Positions 60,052-64,000 of a stretch of 64,000 bases of DNA are shown here, one piece after another. The notes under the pieces were generated by a model that did not search any database, was not told the DNA's origin, and saw only the letters and a program-made list of their open reading frames with translations. Numbering within the stretch: position 1 is the stretch's first letter; each line of letters opens with the position of its first letter. Source of the stretch: a virus. The position numbers and the translations under genes are program-made. The stretch covers positions 1 to 64,000 of IMG/VR virus record IMGVR_UViG_3300024264_000019. The stretch is one strand, 5' to 3'.

Positions 60052-60252
60052 ATGACAGACACACTAAAGCAAGAAAAAAGAAGGCTTCAAGCCATCATTG
60101 ACAACAATAACAACGAAGCAGAAAATGGATCTGCTTCGGCTCAAATGCAAGTAATATCTGCACAGGCGGATCTTGACAGAATCGCACAGAGTGAGCTTGC
60201 TCAGTATATAGCAAGCACGCCTTTACCTAAACCTTTAATCTTAGTAGACTAA
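60052..60252 (+). CDS. Early hypothetical protein
   Basis: Start ATG 60052 (MTDTLKQ...) avoids overlap with the upstream gene. Confidence 0.55.
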   Translation: MTDTLKQEKRRLQAIIDNNNNEAENGSASAQMQVISAQADLDRIAQSELAQYIASTPLPKPLILVD

Positions 60253-60255
60253 GCC

Positions 60256-60429
60256 ATGCAGTACATAAAAGAAACAATCAACAAACTAAATCAACAAATT
60301 AAAGCTTTAAATCACGAAAGGGTTAAAGCTGTAAGATTGGGCAATAATAAGAAGGCTTCGGACATTGAAATCATACAAATAGAATTAGACAATAAAATAA
60401 CACAATTAGAGGGTTTAGCACATCGATAA
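60256..60429 (+). CDS. Early coiled-coil protein, 57 aa (not in track)
   Basis: MQYIKETINKLNQQIKALNHERVK... Confidence 0.6.
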   Translation: MQYIKETINKLNQQIKALNHERVKAVRLGNNKKASDIEIIQIELDNKITQLEGLAHR

Positions 60430-60439
60430 AGCCCTTCCC

Positions 60440-60510
60440 TAAGTTACTGATAATCAGGCACTTACGGGATCGGCTGCCGCCCTCGTAAGTGCTTGGTAAA
60501 CAACGACTTA
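60440..60510 (+). repeat. Bipartite palindromic element, copy 2
   Basis: 25 + 21 + 25 nt geometry with the same core. Confidence 0.9.
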
Positions 60511-60651
60511 CGAAACACCTGTTCACATACCATGCCAATTACCACACCTAAAAAGATGACCTATCCTACTAGCAGAATAGGGCAAAAACATAGTTGAAAG
60601 GTAATTCGCTATTGATTTGACTTCAATAGGCTTAGCCTTTACATTGTATTT

Positions 60652-60807
60652 ATGGAAATTAAAATTAAATCTCTCTCTACTTGGGCTAATGTCGTTTTTG
60701 AATTATATATCGGAAACAATTATTCAGGATCATTTGATTCTTTCAAGGAAGCCCAAAGCTACGGGCTTAAACTGACAAACTCTTTTCTTTTACTAGAAAA
60801 TAAGTAA
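60652..60807 (+). CDS. Early hypothetical protein, 51 aa (not in track)
   Basis: TTGACT-17-TACATT-6-ATG; MEIKIKSLSTWANVVFELYIG... Confidence 0.65.
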   Translation: MEIKIKSLSTWANVVFELYIGNNYSGSFDSFKEAQSYGLKLTNSFLLLENK

Positions 60808-60850
60808 AAAATAATTCGCAATTAATTAAAACATAGTTTACTTTATATAT

Positions 60851-61108
60851 ATGGAAGATAATAATCAAGATCGGATATCAATTGGTGATGTCATAGACAA
60901 TAACGCATATAAGAATGAAAAAGCTTATAATTTGACAAGGGCTCTTCTAGATATTGCTATTCTTGCAAGAGCTGTAAAGCATACAGCAAGCGAAGATATT
61001 AGAGGGAATGGAATGGTGGCAATTGACAATGTCAATGATTGGATGACCGAAATCAATAACATTGCAAATAAAGCCGTTAAAAAAGAAATGTTAACAGAAA
61101 AACTATAA
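60851..61108 (+). CDS. Early hypothetical protein (leaderless)
   Basis: TCGCAA-17-TACTTT-6-ATG. Confidence 0.65.
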   Translation: MEDNNQDRISIGDVIDNNAYKNEKAYNLTRALLDIAILARAVKHTASEDIRGNGMVAIDNVNDWMTEINNIANKAVKKEMLTEKL

Positions 61109-61120
61109 GGAAATATAATT

Positions 61121-61462
61121 ATGGAAAATTTAGATGCAGCTTTTGAACTTTACGAAATTGACGAAGAAACTTTGACTTGTTCTTACTCGGATGATGACGG
61201 ATCTTATATCGAGTTGACTTGCTCCTTATGGACTGATGAAATTGACAACCTTTGGGGTGATCAAGTTTCATCTGTTTCCTTAATTGGTTACTTTGACAAA
61301 GTTGAACAAGTTGAATCCTTTGATGTAAATGGTAAAAAAGTTGACTTTGTTAAGCTTGACGAAGTTGAAAGAGTCAAAAAAATACTCGAAAATGAAGAAT
61401 TTGAACTTGAAGAAACCTCTTGCAAAGTTGACTATTCCCCTCGCTACTATGATCTAGTATAA
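61121..61462 (+). CDS. Acidic early protein
   Basis: 113 aa, strongly Asp/Glu-rich; AAGGA SD. Confidence 0.7.
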   Translation: MENLDAAFELYEIDEETLTCSYSDDDGSYIELTCSLWTDEIDNLWGDQVSSVSLIGYFDKVEQVESFDVNGKKVDFVKLDEVERVKKILENEEFELEETSCKVDYSPRYYDLV

Positions 61463-61483
61463 TAGTAGAATAAGTCACCTTCC

Positions 61484-61554
61484 TAAGTTACTGATAGTCA
61501 GGCACTTAGCGAGGCGGCTGCCGCTTCTGTAAGTGCCTAACAGCCAACGACTTA
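61484..61554 (+). repeat. Bipartite palindromic element, copy 3
   Basis: 25 + 21 + 25 nt geometry with the same core. Confidence 0.9.
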
Positions 61555-61726
61555 CAGATCGATGGAATAAGTTAGGAAAAAAGTGTTATAATACGCGAAG
61601 CAAAAATCGTATTTTTATACTTTTTTATATGTATTTGTCTATTTACTATTTATACTATTTACTATTAAGTGAAAAAGTTTTTCAATTCTATTTGACTTCT
61701 ATTAATATATGTATTAGTTTTATAAT

Positions 61727-61873
61727 ATGATAAATAAGAAAATTGAAAAATTCATTCAAGACAATGATCTTGTTCGTGTTCTAGCTAGTCCAATGTCCGA
61801 GACCTTTGATCTCTGGGAATGCCCAGGCGGTCATGTTTGGACTTTTGAGATGATCGAGCAAGCAATAAAATAA
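61727..61873 (+). CDS. Early hypothetical protein, 48 aa (not in track)
   Basis: TTGACT-17-TAGTTT-6-ATG; MINKKIEKFIQDNDLVRV... Confidence 0.65.
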   Translation: MINKKIEKFIQDNDLVRVLASPMSETFDLWECPGGHVWTFEMIEQAIK

Positions 61874-61921
61874 TTGCGAATAAATTTGACGCAACTTAAA
61901 AAATAGATTACCTTTATATAT

Positions 61922-62137
61922 ATGACAGAAAAAAATGATTCACTTACTCGCCTTGCTCACGCCACTGGAATGACCGACATAGAATTTGAGGAACGCTCTC
62001 GAATTCAATCTGAACTTGCCCATCAACAAGTTGTCCGCCAGTGGGAGGAGGATCAGGAGGCTGACCGCCAAGCTCTAAAGGGGTTTTCGGAGAATGAGGA
62101 TGTTGATTGGGGTTATCATGACCAACTAGAGTTTTAA
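61922..62137 (+). CDS. Acidic early protein (leaderless)
   Basis: TTGACG-17-TACCTT-7-ATG. Confidence 0.7.
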   Translation: MTEKNDSLTRLAHATGMTDIEFEERSRIQSELAHQQVVRQWEEDQEADRQALKGFSENEDVDWGYHDQLEF

Positions 62138-62139
62138 TG

Positions 62140-62211
62140 TAAACTCTTTATAATCAGCCACTTAGGTGGTTGGCTGCCGCCCGCCCTAAGTGCTTGATAC
62201 TCAAAGACTTA
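62140..62211 (+). repeat. Bipartite palindromic element, copy 4 (at the convergence of + and - genes)
   Basis: 25 + 22 + 25 nt geometry with GGCTGCCGC core. Confidence 0.85.
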
Positions 62212-62235
62212 AAGCGGGGGTTTTACCAATAACAA

Positions 62236-62286
62236 CTACTTCACATAAAGATATAATAAAAAAGCCAAAAAGATTATTTCAATCAT
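62236..62286 (-). CDS. 16-aa hydrophobic peptide
   Basis: MIEIIFLAFLLYLYVK; ATGA overlap with the preceding 25-aa ORF. Confidence 0.4.
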   Translation of the reverse strand: MIEIIFLAFLLYLYVK

Positions 62287-62360
62287 TCTTCTTTCAAATC
62301 CTCCCACATTAAGTAAAAAACAAAAAGCCAAGGTGAAAACAATACTAATTCAAGAATCAT
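62283..62360 (-). CDS. 25-aa hydrophobic peptide
   Basis: MILELVLFSPWLFVFYLMWEDLKEE, overlapping the end of 62350-62613. Confidence 0.4.
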   Translation of the reverse strand: MILELVLFSPWLFVFYLMWEDLKEE

Positions 62361-62613
62361 TATAAATGCCTTTCATTTGGTCAGAGATGCCCATGTCTTC
62401 ATCTTCTTCGTCAATATCTTCTGCTGAATCAGTAAAGAGAAACTGAGATTCGTCAGCAAGATCTTCTTTTTGAGCATCTAGCAAACCATGCTCGGTTACT
62501 ACTTGCTCTGTTTTAATCTCTGCAATAAATTCCTCTATGGGCTGAGATGGCGTTATGGATTTTGAGTTTTCGACTGCTTTAGCGATAACTGCGATTCTTT
62601 GTTCTTCTGTCAT
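62350..62613 (-). CDS. Acidic early protein (leaderless)
   Basis: TTGACT-17-TATATT-6-ATG; DIDEEDED tract. Confidence 0.7.
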   Translation of the reverse strand: MTEEQRIAVIAKAVENSKSITPSQPIEEFIAEIKTEQVVTEHGLLDAQKEDLADESQFLFTDSAEDIDEEDEDMGISDQMKGIYNDS

Positions 62614-62637
62614 AATAGTAATATAGTTTAGTTGTGA

Positions 62638-63000
62638 TTAGTAGTCAAGTCCTAATTCTTTGTTGTGATCCGCTTGAGTCTTTCTTAATAAATCAACCCA
62701 TGTAAATCCATTAAGTTGGGCATCTCTCATGTGTTTGCTAATTTGAACAGGAGATTGCCAACCAAGAACATCGCCACATACTGCAAGAGGAATATCCACA
62801 TCTTTGAAAGTCATTAAAACTTCAAACTCCTTATCGTCAACATGACCATAAAGACCATGACCATCTCCTGAATTAGCGATCACAGAAATCATAAAGTCGC
62901 CAAACTTTAATTGAGCGATGACTTTCTCTGTGCCTGTTCCTTCGTACATTGTAATAAAAGCAAGGTTATCGAAGTCGAGTAATTGTTGTTTTGTTGTCAT
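62638..63000 (-). CDS. Early hypothetical protein (leaderless)
   Basis: TTGACA-17-TACATT-6-ATG. Confidence 0.7.
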   Translation of the reverse strand: MTTKQQLLDFDNLAFITMYEGTGTEKVIAQLKFGDFMISVIANSGDGHGLYGHVDDKEFEVLMTFKDVDIPLAVCGDVLGWQSPVQISKHMRDAQLNGFTWVDLLRKTQADHNKELGLDY

Positions 63001-63055
63001 AAGTATAATGTAATCTAGTTTAATTGTCTTGTCAAATAAAAAGAATAAATTTTCA

Positions 63056-63262
63056 CTAGAATTTTAATGCTTGTAATCGAGTGTTTTTCTTTAACCATCT
63101 GCGCAACGGATGAAATGCTCTAGCACTAAGGTGGGCTAAATACTGCTGTCCATTCTTGGCAAGAATCATATGACCGCTTGCTGTCTCACGAACCTCTTGG
63201 ATATCAGGACATTTCCGTAATTGTTTTAACACTTTGCGAGTTCCACTTTCTGAATGTTTCAT
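63056..63262 (-). CDS. Small basic early protein, possibly HicA-like fold
   Basis: Helix, then RETASGHMIL, then LAH, then helix; TTGACA-18-TATATT-6-ATG. Confidence 0.45.
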   Translation of the reverse strand: MKHSESGTRKVLKQLRKCPDIQEVRETASGHMILAKNGQQYLAHLSARAFHPLRRWLKKNTRLQALKF

Positions 63263-63337
63263 AATACTAATATAATCTTGTTAGGTGGTGCTTGTCAAAT
63301 AAAAAGAATAAAAAAAGAAAGAATTAAAACGCTTACG

Positions 63338-63409
63338 CAAGTACGTGAATAACAACCACTTACATCGGCGGCAGCGGCGGCACCTAAGTGCCTGACAATC
63401 AAAGACTTA
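63338..63409 (-). repeat. Bipartite palindromic element, copy 5 (inverted)
   Basis: 25 + 22 + 25 nt; core reads GCTGCCGCC on the minus strand; overlaps the stop of 63407-63613. Confidence 0.85.
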
Positions 63410-63613
63410 GTAGCCTAACCATTCAAGAACTTTTTGGGCTGAGTATCCGTCTTGATCGCCCATGTCCTCAAAAAATTTGCAAATTTCTTCGTTTGATGTG
63501 ACCCCGTGTTGCTCTAACTCTTTCAATGCCCTATCTTGCGAAATATCAACGGCATAAGCTGAGTCAAAATAATCGTTTCCAATTTCTGTTCTAATTTCAA
63601 TTTTTTCACTCAT
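63407..63613 (-). CDS. Early hypothetical protein
   Basis: 68-aa ORF; ATGA overlap with the upstream gene. Confidence 0.7.
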   Translation of the reverse strand: MSEKIEIRTEIGNDYFDSAYAVDISQDRALKELEQHGVTSNEEICKFFEDMGDQDGYSAQKVLEWLGY

Positions 63614-64000
63614 GAATTTTCTCCTTCTACTACAAACCCTGTTTCGTCTTTCTTGGCAAGACCTTTTTCGATAAGACCAACAACAACACCTTTCTTGTCA
63701 AGAAATCGCAAGTCAGTTTCATCACCATTGACGACCTCAAAACCTTTCCATGTTTTGGGTAATTGATTGCGAAATACAACGGCAACATTGCCACCCATTA
63801 AAAGAACCATTTCGCACTTTTTATCGTTATTCTCTGAGCGAGAAAAAGTCAAATGATAATTAGAGGGAAACTTTGCCTCGCCCTTGATAAAAGGCTTGCC
63901 AAGGAAAGAACACATTCTCTTGAATGACTTGGTATAATCGTAAAATTGAGTGGATGAATGTTTTTCTAGAATGGTCACACCATCCTCATTGATCTCATTT
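63610..64000 (-). CDS. GP88-like phage protein, probably 5'-truncated by the window end
   Basis: FYDYTK, NYHLTFSRSE, VAVVF, GDETDLRFLD and VVGL..KG motifs; the family is normally longer. Confidence 0.55.
   Translation of the reverse strand, partial: NEINEDGVTILEKHSSTQFYDYTKSFKRMCSFLGKPFIKGEAKFPSNYHLTFSRSENNDKKCEMVLLMGGNVAVVFRNQLPKTWKGFEVVNGDETDLRFLDKKGVVVGLIEKGLAKKDETGFVVEGENS

Noticed and set aside
61533-61730. Track ORF MPNSQRL...
   Set aside because: Starts inside palindromic element copy 3 and runs through AT-rich promoter DNA; likely spurious
59232-63409. Dispersed 71-72 bp repeats as a CRISPR array
   Set aside because: The intervals are 0.6-1.1 kb and contain promoters and ORFs, one copy is inverted, and no cas genes are present
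1-64000. Stop-codon reassignment
   Set aside because: Core genes are intact under the standard bacterial code and end in TAA, TAG or TGA
1-64000. tRNA/rRNA genes, integrase, introns or inteins in nrdA and terminase
   Set aside because: None recognised by eye; nrdA and TerL are of normal length and uninterrupted. A tRNAscan/Infernal run would be needed to exclude RNAs fully

Overview
AT-rich segment of a large tailed bacteriophage genome, probably a siphovirus (a tail tube gene is present, and no sheath gene is seen in this window). From left to right: (i) 1-14.3 kb holds glycosyltransferase/sulfotransferase-like genes, a class Ia RNR alpha subunit, dNMP kinase, a sigma-70-like factor, SSB, a putative annealing protein and a RfaE/HldE-type kinase. 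(ii) 14.3-58.2 kb is one long leftward late region: PhoH, a membrane-anchored subtilisin, a second sigma-like factor, an ERCC4 nuclease, terminase, portal, prohead protease/scaffold, capsid, neck, tail tube, chaperones, a 3827-aa tape measure protein (TMP) and distal tail proteins. (iii) 58.3-64 kb is an early region of small, mostly leaderless ORFs, punctuated by five copies of a 71-72 bp bipartite palindromic element. The most notable feature is the TMP. Its central ~2270 aa are divided by 12 copies of a G-[FYHR]-[IL]-P-N-F-like motif into basic modules, two of which carry PD-(D/E)xK nuclease-like signatures, suggesting a virion-delivered effector polyprotein. Also notable are the repeat-delimited early gene cassettes, a GTGTA late-promoter motif, and mucin-like Thr/Pro tracts on virion proteins in a genome encoding glycosyl- and sulfotransferases. 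All calls come from reading motifs by eye; no searches were run.
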